Part shown: positions 12,406 through 21,415 of the stretch, piece after piece
Layout: each line of letters starts with the position of its first letter
How positions within the stretch are numbered: the first letter of the stretch is position 1
NCBI GenBank assembly: GCA_963745035.1
Contig: CAVUVW010000017.1
Span: forward strand, 96,001 to 160,000
Origin: an uncultured delta proteobacterium
GTDB lineage: Bacteria; Desulfobacterota; Binatia; UBA9968
Length of the DNA stretch: 64,000 bases
Reading direction: 5' to 3'
Notes under the pieces: model-generated
The model's input: the letters and a program-made list of their open reading frames with translations, nothing else
Told to the model about the DNA's origin: nothing
The model's database searches: none
Translations under genes and position numbers: made by a program

Positions 12406-14555
12406 TCACAGCCGATCGTGTCGTACCAACCACGTGTCCTTACTGCGGCGTTGGATGCAATCTCGAGCTGCACATCAAGGATGATTACATCTACAAAGTC
12501 ACTTCGCCGTTTGACGCTACGGTCAATCACGGAAACCTGTGCGTCAAAGGACGCTTCGGCTACGACTTTATCTACAACAAGGACCGCGTAACGACGCCGC
12601 TCATTCGCAAAAAAGCGCAGGCACCCGGCGCGCGCACCCAGGCGTTCGAGCGCGATCAATGGCGCGAGGTCTCGTGGGACGAGGCCCTCGACTACACCGC
12701 CGACCGGATGGTGGAAATTTACCAGCGCGACGGCGCGGATGCGATGGCGGTTTATTGCTGCGCCAAGGCCACCAACGAGGATAATTATCTTTTACAAAAG
12801 CTTTTCCGCGCGCTGTTCCGCAGCAACAACATCGATCACTGCACGCGCTTGTGCCATGCCGGCTCGGTAGTCGCGCTGCAGATGGCCATCGGCTCATCGG
12901 CCATGAGCAACACTGCGGCCGAGGTAATTCACAGCGATGTATTCATCGTGACCGGTTCCAACACGGCGGAAACTCATCCCATCATCGCCCTACAAATGAA
13001 GGCCGCGGTCGCCAACCACGGCGCCAAGCTGATCGTTGTCGACCCCCGACGCGTGGAGATGGTCAACTGGGCTACGCTCTGGCTCCCCGAGAAGCCGGGG
13101 ACCGATGTGCCGGTTTTCTCCGCTATGTCGCACGTCATTATCAAAGAAAAACTTTACAACCAGGAATTCATCGATAGGCGCACAGAGGGCTTCGATGAAT
13201 TCGCCAAAACCATGGAGAAGTTCACTCCGGAATACGCCGAAGCGATTTCAGGCGTCGATCGCAACCTGATCGTTCAGGCGGCGCGGATGTATGCGGGGGC
13301 GAAGAACGCAGCCATCTACTGGGCGCTGGGCATACCCGAGCACTCGCACGGCACGGACAACGCCATGTCGCTGATCCATCTCGCGTTGCTCACCGGCCAC
13401 ATCGGCCGAAAAGGCACCGGGCTTAATCCCCTGCGCGGCCAAAACAACGTTCAGGGCGCGTCGGATTCCGGCGCCATGCCATGGCACTATCCCGGCTATC
13501 AACGCGTCGATGACGAAGCCTCCGCGCGCAAATTCGAGCAGGCATGGAATATCGAGCCTGGCGGACTTAACCTTAGACTGGGGCTGACGACGACCGAAAT
13601 CATGAGCGAAGTCAGGCCGGGCGGCGTGCGCGCCCTGCACATCATGGGCGAAAATCCGATGATGTCCGAGCCCAATCTCAACCACACGCGCCACATGATG
13701 GAACAGTTGGAATTCCTAGTAGCGCAGGACTTGTTCATCAACGAATCCGGCGCCTACGCCGACGTCTTTTTGCCCGCGGCTTCCTGGGCGGAAAAGGAAG
13801 GCACGTTTACCAACACGGACCGGCGCGTGCAGCGCGTGCGTAAGGCGCTGGAGCCGCGCGGTCAGGCGCGCGCCGACTGGCAGATCGTCTGTGATCTTGC
13901 CGTGCGCATCGAAAAGAAGCTTGGCCGGCCGCAGACCGCCTTCTGGGCCTATCAGACTCCCGCTGAAGTGCTGGAGGAAATGGGTCGTGTAGTGCCCGAG
14001 TACACCGGTGTGAAATATCAACGCATCGAAAAAGAGGGCCTACAAACGCCGGTGTGGGATGACAACCATCCAGGCACACCCTATTTATTCGCCGAAACCT
14101 TCCCGCGCGGTCGGGGTAAATTCTATGATATCGACTACGTACCTTCCGTCGAAATGCCCGACGAGGAATATCCTTTCATCCTCACCACCGGACGCCTGCT
14201 CGAGCATTGGCACGGCGGCACGCTGACGCGCCATTCGAAACTCGACGATCTCTATCCACAGGCGCGCATTGAGATCAATCCTGCCGACGCCACGCGGCTC
14301 AAGATTGACGACGGACAGGCCGTGCGCGTCTCGTCACGCCGCGGCACGGTCGTCCTCCGTGCCTGGGTGACCCAACGAACCACCGTCGGAGTGGTGTTCA
14401 TTCCCATGCATTTTGCCGAAGCCGCCGCCAATCTGCTCACCATCGACGCCCTGGACCCCTTGGCCAAAATCCCCGAATACAAGGCCTGCGCCGTGCGCAT
14501 CGTGCCCGCAGGCAAGGAGGAACTGCCGCCGTTGGTCACGAGGGGGCGATACTGA
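12402..14555 (+). CDS. fdhF: Formate dehydrogenase catalytic subunit (Mo/W-bisPGD, Cys ligand)
   Basis: CPYCGVGC...C cluster, [29 protein letters not shown]; ATGA overlap with the upstream gene. Confidence 0.92.
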   Translation: MITADRVVPTTCPYCGVGCNLELHIKDDYIYKVTSPFDATVNHGNLCVKGRFGYDFIYNKDRVTTPLIRKKAQAPGARTQAFERDQWREVSWDEALDYTADRMVEIYQRDGADAMAVYCCAKATNEDNYLLQKLFRALFRSNNIDHCTRLCHAGSVVALQMAIGSSAMSNTAAEVIHSDVFIVTGSNTAETHPIIALQMKAAVANHGAKLIVVDPRRVEMVNWATLWLPEKPGTDVPVFSAMSHVIIKEKLYNQEFIDRRTEGFDEFAKTMEKFTPEYAEAISGVDRNLIVQAARMYAGAKNAAIYWALGIPEHSHGTDNAMSLIHLALLTGHIGRKGTGLNPLRGQNNVQGASDSGAMPWHYPGYQRVDDEASARKFEQAWNIEPGGLNLRLGLTTTEIMSEVRPGGVRALHIMGENPMMSEPNLNHTRHMMEQLEFLVAQDLFINESGAYADVFLPAASWAEKEGTFTNTDRRVQRVRKALEPRGQARADWQIVCDLAVRIEKKLGRPQTAFWAYQTPAEVLEEMGRVVPEYTGVKYQRIEKEGLQTPVWDDNHPGTPYLFAETFPRGRGKFYDIDYVPSVEMPDEEYPFILTTGRLLEHWHGGTLTRHSKLDDLYPQARIEINPADATRLKIDDGQAVRVSSRRGTVVLRAWVTQRTTVGVVFIPMHFAEAAANLLTIDALDPLAKIPEYKACAVRIVPAGKEELPPLVTRGRY

Positions 14556-14753
14556 CGATCGAGCGTGCCGGAGAATAAATCTCGCTTCCGAGAGACTGGC
14601 CAGTACAACCTGACGGACCGCGTATTTTAGAAACTTCCTTTGCGCCATTTTCGAGCTGATTTATCCAGCTCATATCCTTAGCTGTCCCTCGCCTCCTTGA
14701 CTCCGAAGTTCGCCCGACCCTAGTATTTCAGTAGTGTTGCGTACTCGTGGATC

Positions 14754-15641
14754 ATGGACGAGCCTCAAACAATCGTTGACGCAACCGCTGTCATTTTGAC
14801 GGGCGGTAAAAGCTCGCGCATGGGCCGGCCCAAGGCGCTGCTGCCGTTCGACGGCGAGCCGCTCATCGCGCACATCCTCCGCGGTCTCAAAAAGATGTTC
14901 GCCGAAGCCGTCGTCGTCGCTGCTCCCGAGCAGGAACTGCCGACCCTGCCGGCGCTCTTGGTGCGCGACGAGGTCGCCTATCAAGGTCCGGTAAGCGGCA
15001 TTTACCACGGCTTGAAAGCTGCCGGCCATGACGTTTGTTTCATGACCTCCTGCGATGCACCCTTTCTCAATCTCGCTTTGATTTCCCATCTCGTATCGCA
15101 GATCTCCGGCTGGGACGTGGTCGTGCCGTTCTGGCAGGATCGCTTGCAACCTCTCCATGCGGTTTACCGGCGCGGTGTGGCGCCGCTTCTTAAAGAGCAA
15201 CTCGAACGCGGCGAGCTGCGCCCGATTTTTCTTTACGATAAGGTGCGCACCCGCAAGATTCACGAAGACGAAATCCGCCGTCATGATCCAGAAGGCTTGA
15301 GCTTTCTCAACATGAACTCACCGGAGGAGTACGACGCTGCACTGAAACTTTGGAGCAGGAAAAATCGCGTCTCGGTCTCCGTCGAACTTTTCGGCGTGGC
15401 GCGCATGTTGGCCAAAACCCAATTCGTGCCTCTCGACCTGGTGCAGGGAGCGACACTCGCCCAGGTCTTTTCAGCGCTGGCGGACAAGTTCCCGGTGCTC
15501 GCTGGCCGGATCATCAGCTCCGACGGTCTGATCTCGGGCTACACATGCAACATCAACGGCTTGGATTTTGTGCGCACGCCGAGCGCCAAGGTAAACTCGG
15601 GAGACAAGATTTTCATTCTTTCCGCCGACGCGGGAGGCTGA
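14754..15641 (+). CDS. mobA: Molybdenum cofactor guanylyltransferase fused to a C-terminal MoaD/ThiS sulfur carrier
   Basis: ILTGGKSSRMGRPKA, SCDAPF, QPLHAVY, NMNSPEE; then a ubiquitin-like domain (VELFG...) ending ADAGG. Confidence 0.88.
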   Translation: MDEPQTIVDATAVILTGGKSSRMGRPKALLPFDGEPLIAHILRGLKKMFAEAVVVAAPEQELPTLPALLVRDEVAYQGPVSGIYHGLKAAGHDVCFMTSCDAPFLNLALISHLVSQISGWDVVVPFWQDRLQPLHAVYRRGVAPLLKEQLERGELRPIFLYDKVRTRKIHEDEIRRHDPEGLSFLNMNSPEEYDAALKLWSRKNRVSVSVELFGVARMLAKTQFVPLDLVQGATLAQVFSALADKFPVLAGRIISSDGLISGYTCNINGLDFVRTPSAKVNSGDKIFILSADAGG

Positions 15642-15645
15642 GCCC

Positions 15646-17451
15646 ATGCACGGCTTTCACGGACGTTTGCTTCATGTCGACTTGAGCACGGGAGAAAGCT
15701 TCTGGCGCGAGATCGAGGAGTCGCGTCTCCGCGCTTTCCTCGGCGGCATCGGGTTGGGCACAAGCCTGCTCTACGATTATGCGCCGCCGGGAGTCGATCC
15801 TTTCTCTCCCGCCAATCCTTTGATCTTCGCCAGCGCGCCCCTGGTCGGCACCGGCCTCACGACCACTGCAAAGTTTGCCGTGGTGACCAAATCTCCGCTC
15901 ACCGGATTTATCGCCGACTCACTCTCCTCGAGTTACTTCGCGCTCGAGCTCAAACGAGTGGGCATCGACGCGCTCGTCATAACCGGCCGCGCCGCGGCGA
16001 TGTCGTACATCTTCATTCACAATGAGAAAGTAGAAATCCACGGTGCCGAGCACCTGCGCGGCAAAAGTCCTCTCGAATGCGAATCTACCATTCGCACCGA
16101 AATCGACACTCCGACCGCGCGCATCGCCGCCATCGGCAAAGCCGGCGAAAATAAAGTCCGCTTCGCCACCATCAGCAACGAAGGGCGCCACGCCGGCCGC
16201 GGCGGCGTCGGCGCGGTGATGGGATCGAAGAATCTCAAAGCCAGTCGCCTTGCGCGGCGATCATGACCACCACCGTGGCCGATCCGACGGCTGTCGACGA
16301 GATCGCCGAGCGCATTGCGCGAGCGAAGCTTGGGTTCGCTCACCGACAAATATCGAAAGATCGGCACGGTGGCCAACTTGGCAGTTTTCAATCGCCTCGG
16401 CACTTTGCCCACGCGCAATTTTCAGCAATCGACTTTTGACACGCCGACGCCTTGAGCGGAGAGACCCTGACGGAAAATAATTTCAGCCGCCGGCATGGTT
16501 GCGCCGCCTGCACGATCCAATGTGAGCGCTATTTAAAGCCCTCAATGGCGAGGAGCAGCGGCTGGAATATGAAACTCTTTTCGCCCTGGGGCCGCTTTGC
16601 GGCATTGAGAATCCTGATGCGGTGCTGCAGCACCGCTCAACTCTGCGACCATTATGGCATGGACACGATCAGCGCCGGCGGCACCGTGGCGTGGGCGATG
16701 GAGTGCAGCGAGAGAGGATTGTTGCCGCAAACACAAAAGCTTGGCTTGAAGTTCGGACAAGCGGATGATCTTCTCGCGATCATTCCCGCGATCGCGGAGA
16801 GGCGCGGCGTGGGCGCGTTGTTGGCGGAAGGTTCGCGTCGGGCCGCCATTGGAGATCGGCGGAGCAGAGAATGCACTGGGCGATGCACGTAAAAGGATTG
16901 GAGCTGCCCGGCTATGAACCACGCAGCTTGAAAACCATGGCGCTCGGCTCTGGCGGTCAGCCCGCGCGGCGCCTGCCACAATCGCTCCGGCGCTTACGAA
17001 GCCGATTTTTCCGGCGAGGTCGATCGTCTTCGCAACGATTCCGGCAGAGGCGGTCTCGTCGCCGCATCCGAAGATTTCGCCGCTGTGCTCGACTCGCTCA
17101 TCGTCTGTAAATTCCTGCGCAAGTGTTTCAGTGATTTTTATGCCGAGGCGCCGAGCTGTTTGAGCAAGGTTACTGGATGGGACTATTCGAGCGCCGAGCT
17201 GGAGCGCGTCGGCGAGCGCATTCACAATCTTAAAAAAACTTTTCAACATGCGCGAGGGTTGGCGCTGTGACGATGACTGGCTGCCGGAGCGGCTGCTCAG
17301 CGAAATCCTGCCCACCGGCGTCGCCCAGGGTGTTGGCTTAAGCGCCAACGAACTTCGCCAGATGATTGGCGGCTATTACCGAGCAAGAGGATGGAATGAC
17401 AACGGATTTATTCCGGATGAAAAATTAAACGAACTGGGGATTTCGCTGTAA
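15646..17451 (+). CDS. aor: Aldehyde:ferredoxin oxidoreductase family tungsto/molybdoenzyme (several frameshifts)
   Basis: GFHGRLLHVDLS, KSPLTG, GRGGVGAVMGSKNLKA, CAACTIQC, CDHYGMDTISAG, VKGLELPGYEPR, YYRARGW spread over successive frames. Confidence 0.88.
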
Positions 17452-17480
17452 TCAGCTTTTGGGTTTGGTCTTGAGCCCAA

Positions 17481-17581
17481 TGCAAAATGAAAAGTGCAAA
17501 AGGCAAAATTGAGACCGAGAGCTGTCCGGGAGCCCCGTCCGATTATTTTTCATTTGTCAATTTGCACTTTGAATTTTGCAT
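17481..17581. repeat. Inverted heptamer tandem-repeat element
   Basis: TGCAAAA/TGAAAAG/TGCAAAA/GGCAAAA, spacer, TTTTCAT/TTGTCAA/TTTGCAC/TTTGAAT/TTTGCAT. Confidence 0.8.
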
Positions 17582-17604
17582 TTTTTTAACATCAAGGAGG
17601 AGCC

Positions 17605-17784
17605 ATGCCCACCGATGAAACGCGACGCGTGCTGAAAGTGTTTGGCGTTGCCGTGACGGCCTTCGAGGATGCGGTCGATAAAGGTGCAGCGCCCGAAGAA
17701 CTGCGAAAAGCGGAGGCCGAAGTGAAAACGCGCCTGGAGGAAATCACGATGCTGATCGAACAGCTGCGCGCCAAGAAAAAATAG
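17605..17784 (+). CDS. Small 59-aa helical protein (absent from the ORF track)
   Basis: Strong RBS AAGGAGG; MPTDETRRVLKVFGVAVTAFEDAVDKGAAPEELRKAEAEVKTRLEEITMLIEQLRAKKK; host-like codon usage. Confidence 0.7.
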   Translation: MPTDETRRVLKVFGVAVTAFEDAVDKGAAPEELRKAEAEVKTRLEEITMLIEQLRAKKK

Positions 17785-18102
17785 TTACCGTTGCTTTTGC
17801 TGCTGGCTTTCATTTTCCCAATCCCCTTTCAACTCCGCGCCGGGGACGCCGCGAGCAGATCCGTCATCCGCTCAACCACCACCAGGACTGTTGAAGTATC
17901 AGTCAACCCCGATTCAAAATTTCCCTTGACAACGATTCCCACAGCCATAGTCCCCCGACCATTTCATTGCTGCATCGTTTTAAGCTTAGGCCGGCAAAAT
18001 ATTATCGCTCGTGAAATCATGTTACTAACCCGCGCCGGCCGACCTGGATATCTGCTGCCGATTTCGATAACGTTCCCATACCAATCATCATCAGGAAAAG
18101 GG

Positions 18103-18417
18103 ATGAAGGAGCTGGAAGTCACGCTTGAGCAATTGGAGTCAGGTGTCGTCATCCACGTTGTCGGATCCGTGGATAGCACAACCGCTCCCTCTCTGCAGGA
18201 ACCCGTGCTGCATGCCGCTGAAAACTCCAGCGGCGCGCTGCAACTCGATCTGAAGCAGGTCTCGTACCTAAGCAGCGCCGGCATGCGCGTCATGTTGCTG
18301 GCCGCCAAAGCACTGCAAAAACGCGGCGAACGCCTGCGCCTCTTAAATGTCCCGCCGCAAATCCAAAATGTCTTGAGTCTCGCGGGTTTTACATCTTTCA
18401 TCGACGTGAGTTCGTAA
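18103..18417 (+). CDS. STAS-domain anti-sigma factor antagonist (RsbV/SpoIIAA-like) 1
   Basis: GSVDSTTA, LDLKQVSYLSSAGMRVML, VLSLAGF. Confidence 0.88.
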   Translation: MKELEVTLEQLESGVVIHVVGSVDSTTAPSLQEPVLHAAENSSGALQLDLKQVSYLSSAGMRVMLLAAKALQKRGERLRLLNVPPQIQNVLSLAGFTSFIDVSS

Positions 18418-18426
18418 CTGGGTGCC

Positions 18427-20172
18427 ATGGGCGACTCTAGCATTGAGATCAGGCCGAACATCTGGCAGCAAGTACCCGGCGCCGATTCGGTCGAGATTTT
18501 TCCGATCATCCCCAAGACCAACTGTATTTCCTCAAATTGCTTCATCTTTTCCGCCCGAGACGCGCTGGTTGTCGTCGATCCCGGCGCCAACCGGGAGCAA
18601 ACGCGGCAGATAAGCCGAGTTCTAACCGATGCCCTGGCGCTAGCGCGGCGCCCCGTCCTCGTTTTCCTTACTCATTGCCATCAAGACCACTCACAGGAAG
18701 CGGGCGGTCTCGAACTTCCGATGGGAATAGAAATCAAGCGCTTCGCCCACCAGGCGGGAGTCGAAGCAATGAAAAACAGAGACCCCAACTTGACGGTTGC
18801 TTATCTTTACCTAGGCAACCCCGGCATATGCGTCGCGCCATTCGAGGGAATCTTATTTCACTCAAGCCCGGAGTCCGAGCCATCAGCACTCGAACTGGAA
18901 GACGATCGACGAATCGAACTACATACAGAGCCAATCGCAATGCCCGATGGCGCAACGCTGCAACGCCAATGGCTGTTTCTCGGTGACGGCAATCGGCTTG
19001 AGATCTATCATACCCCCGGGCATTCGCCTTGCAGCATATCGCTGCGAGTTGGATCGTTGCTTATTCTCGGGGATTTGCCCTTTGCCGGCAATCCCGGGGT
19101 GTGTGGACTCAACGGTTGGAACCACGCCGATCTATTGCAAAGCTTGCGCAGCGTGAATTGGCTTCTCGCAACATGCGAAATTGCAGTTTGCTGTCCCGGG
19201 CATGGTTACTGTATTTCGGCGCAAAGCATGCGGCAAAAGTTCCGGATGATGGAGGCCGAGGCCTCCAATCTGACCGATGTCCCGCTCTTGGACGCCGAAC
19301 GCATCAGTGCTCTCAAGATCTACGTGGATGAACTGCTGGAAGAAACGACAGCCCTGTTGACAATCTTTTCCGGCCGCCTGTACACAATGTCCTACTATCT
19401 ATCCTTGCTCGAAGAGGAGAGTGCCGCCGGACGGATTCTTGCGAGCTTGGATATGGACCGGATCGACGGCATCCTGTCCGACTTTCGCCGCATCGCGGAA
19501 TCGTTCAACACGAGCGCCGTACCCGAATGGACCGTGGTGCTCAAGGGGGTGCAGGTCGCCAGGTCACTGAGACTGATTCTTTCCGAAGAGCATGTGCAGC
19601 AACTCCTGGACTTCCACCTCGTTGACCGAGCCCAGCGACGGCTCCTGGACTTCCTGAGCGTCGTGCACGGTCTACAATTTCTTCGGACGGAGCAGCCGAG
19701 AGCCGCAAACGCAGTGATCGCGGAGCTGCTGCAACGGACCAAGAAAGCTCCATCAGCGCAACCCCATGATCTAATGGAAGCGGTCGACGATGAACAAGCT
19801 TTTCTGCAGGCCCTCATGCGCCGGTTGGAAGCGCATTCGCCGCTGCGCGACGTCGATTTTGAATTCGTGCCCTCCGCGCAGGAAACGACCGCAAACATAG
19901 GGGCGGAGCGACTTGACGATATATTGACAAACCTGCTGGAAGGAATGGCCGGAACGGGCGCGAAGCACATCCGCATTGCGGCTCGCCTGGCGTCGGGTGA
20001 CGTGGAAATTCGACTTTCAAGCCGGGAAGGGATTGATCCGGCTGCCTTCGGCAAGCGCCGACTCGACCTTTACAACAGAACGCTCGGGTGGCTCGGCGGG
20101 AGCCTCGAATGCAACCAAAATAATGACGGTGCCGAATTCGTCATGAGGCTTCCGGTGCTCCAGGCAATTTGA
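18427..20172 (+). CDS. MBL-fold metallo-hydrolase fused to a helical region and a degenerate HATPase-like C-terminal domain
   Basis: VVDPG, THCHQDH, HTPGHS, LGD, CPGHG; C-terminal LDDILTNLLE...LGGSL...FVMRLP without DxGxG boxes. Confidence 0.75.
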   Translation: MGDSSIEIRPNIWQQVPGADSVEIFPIIPKTNCISSNCFIFSARDALVVVDPGANREQTRQISRVLTDALALARRPVLVFLTHCHQDHSQEAGGLELPMGIEIKRFAHQAGVEAMKNRDPNLTVAYLYLGNPGICVAPFEGILFHSSPESEPSALELEDDRRIELHTEPIAMPDGATLQRQWLFLGDGNRLEIYHTPGHSPCSISLRVGSLLILGDLPFAGNPGVCGLNGWNHADLLQSLRSVNWLLATCEIAVCCPGHGYCISAQSMRQKFRMMEAEASNLTDVPLLDAERISALKIYVDELLEETTALLTIFSGRLYTMSYYLSLLEEESAAGRILASLDMDRIDGILSDFRRIAESFNTSAVPEWTVVLKGVQVARSLRLILSEEHVQQLLDFHLVDRAQRRLLDFLSVVHGLQFLRTEQPRAANAVIAELLQRTKKAPSAQPHDLMEAVDDEQAFLQALMRRLEAHSPLRDVDFEFVPSAQETTANIGAERLDDILTNLLEGMAGTGAKHIRIAARLASGDVEIRLSSREGIDPAAFGKRRLDLYNRTLGWLGGSLECNQNNDGAEFVMRLPVLQAI

Positions 20173-20179
20173 TCCGCGC

Positions 20180-21415
20180 ATGACCGACCATAGAATTCAG
20201 CACACCATTTTCTTGCTTCTGTTCTTGTTTCTTCCCGCGAGGCTGCTTGCCGAAGACATCGTAATCGGCATGTCGGCGGCATTTACCGGAACCTCGAAAA
20301 GCCTTGGCATCGAGCTTTACCGGGGTTCGATGGCCTACATTGAGCATGCCAATCGAACCGGAGGAGTTCACGGCCGGAAGATCGTTATCAAAGCCTACGA
20401 CGATAGTTATAACCCCATTCCTGCGATTCAAAACACCATCAAACTCGTTGAGGAAGACAACGCATTTATTCTTTTTAATTATGTCGGCACTCCCACGGTG
20501 ACCAGGGTCCTGCCCCTCCTCAAGAGCTATAACAATAAGTTCATCTACCTTTTTTCTCCGTTTACGGGGGCGCAACCCCTCAGGCAGCCTCCCTATGGTG
20601 AATATGTTTTTAATCTGCGGGCTTCGTACCAGGATGAGATCGAGGGATTGGTCAATAACTTTGTGTTGGCCGGGAGAAAGAGGATAGCGGTTTTCTATCA
20701 AGCCGACGCTTATGGAAGAGGCGGATGGGACGGAGTCAGAAAAGCGCTCGCGAAGAATTCGGGTCTGAAAATGGTCGGCGAGGCAACCTATCGGAGGGGA
20801 GCCGAACATTCTCAGAGCTTCATGGAACAGGTCGATATTCTCAGGAAGACGTCCCCGGATGCCGTCATATCCATCGGTGCTTACGCCGTCTGCGCTGCGT
20901 TTATCAGAGACGCTCGGGACGCCGGGCTGAATGTTCCGATCGCGAATCTTTCTTTTGTGGGCAGTGAGAGCATGACCGACCTCCTGCTTCAGAGCAGTCG
21001 TTCTGCGGGAAAGGACTATACGAAAGATCTGATCAATTCGCAGGTGGTGCCGAGCTATGAGGATACAGCTCTGCCGGCGGTTCGGGAATATCGGCAACTG
21101 ATGGAAAAGTACCGCCCGCTGCCACCTAGGGATCTCATGGCAGAAGGATATACGGCGCTGCCGCACAGCTATGTCAGTTTCGAGGGTTTTATGAACGCAA
21201 AACTTCTCGTTGCTTTCCTAAAAAAAATGGGACCAGGTCCAACAAAAAGCCGCATTAAAGGAATCGTCGAAAGCATGAATAGTGCCGATTTGGGAATCGA
21301 TGCGCCGGTCACTTTCGGACCGCATAAGCATCAGGGGTTGGACAAGGTCTTTTTCACCACGATGAAAGGTGACCGGTTTGTTCCGCTGTCGGATTGGCAG
21401 GGGTGGGATAAATGA
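20180..21415 (+). CDS. Periplasmic binding protein, type 1 (LivJ/Peripla_BP_6-like), sensor-associated
   Basis: Signal peptide; IVIGMSAAFTG, GGVHGRKI, YDDSYNP, YVGTPT, FYQADAYG; ATGA overlap with the next gene. Confidence 0.85.
   Translation: MTDHRIQHTIFLLLFLFLPARLLAEDIVIGMSAAFTGTSKSLGIELYRGSMAYIEHANRTGGVHGRKIVIKAYDDSYNPIPAIQNTIKLVEEDNAFILFNYVGTPTVTRVLPLLKSYNNKFIYLFSPFTGAQPLRQPPYGEYVFNLRASYQDEIEGLVNNFVLAGRKRIAVFYQADAYGRGGWDGVRKALAKNSGLKMVGEATYRRGAEHSQSFMEQVDILRKTSPDAVISIGAYAVCAAFIRDARDAGLNVPIANLSFVGSESMTDLLLQSSRSAGKDYTKDLINSQVVPSYEDTALPAVREYRQLMEKYRPLPPRDLMAEGYTALPHSYVSFEGFMNAKLLVAFLKKMGPGPTKSRIKGIVESMNSADLGIDAPVTFGPHKHQGLDKVFFTTMKGDRFVPLSDWQGWDK

Noticed and set aside
12830-12870. Selenocysteine recoding in the FDH active site
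   Set aside because: The ORF is uninterrupted and encodes Cys (RLCH).
14556-14753. Possible Moco/Tuco riboswitch upstream of mobA
   Set aside because: The expected conserved motif could not be identified by eye.
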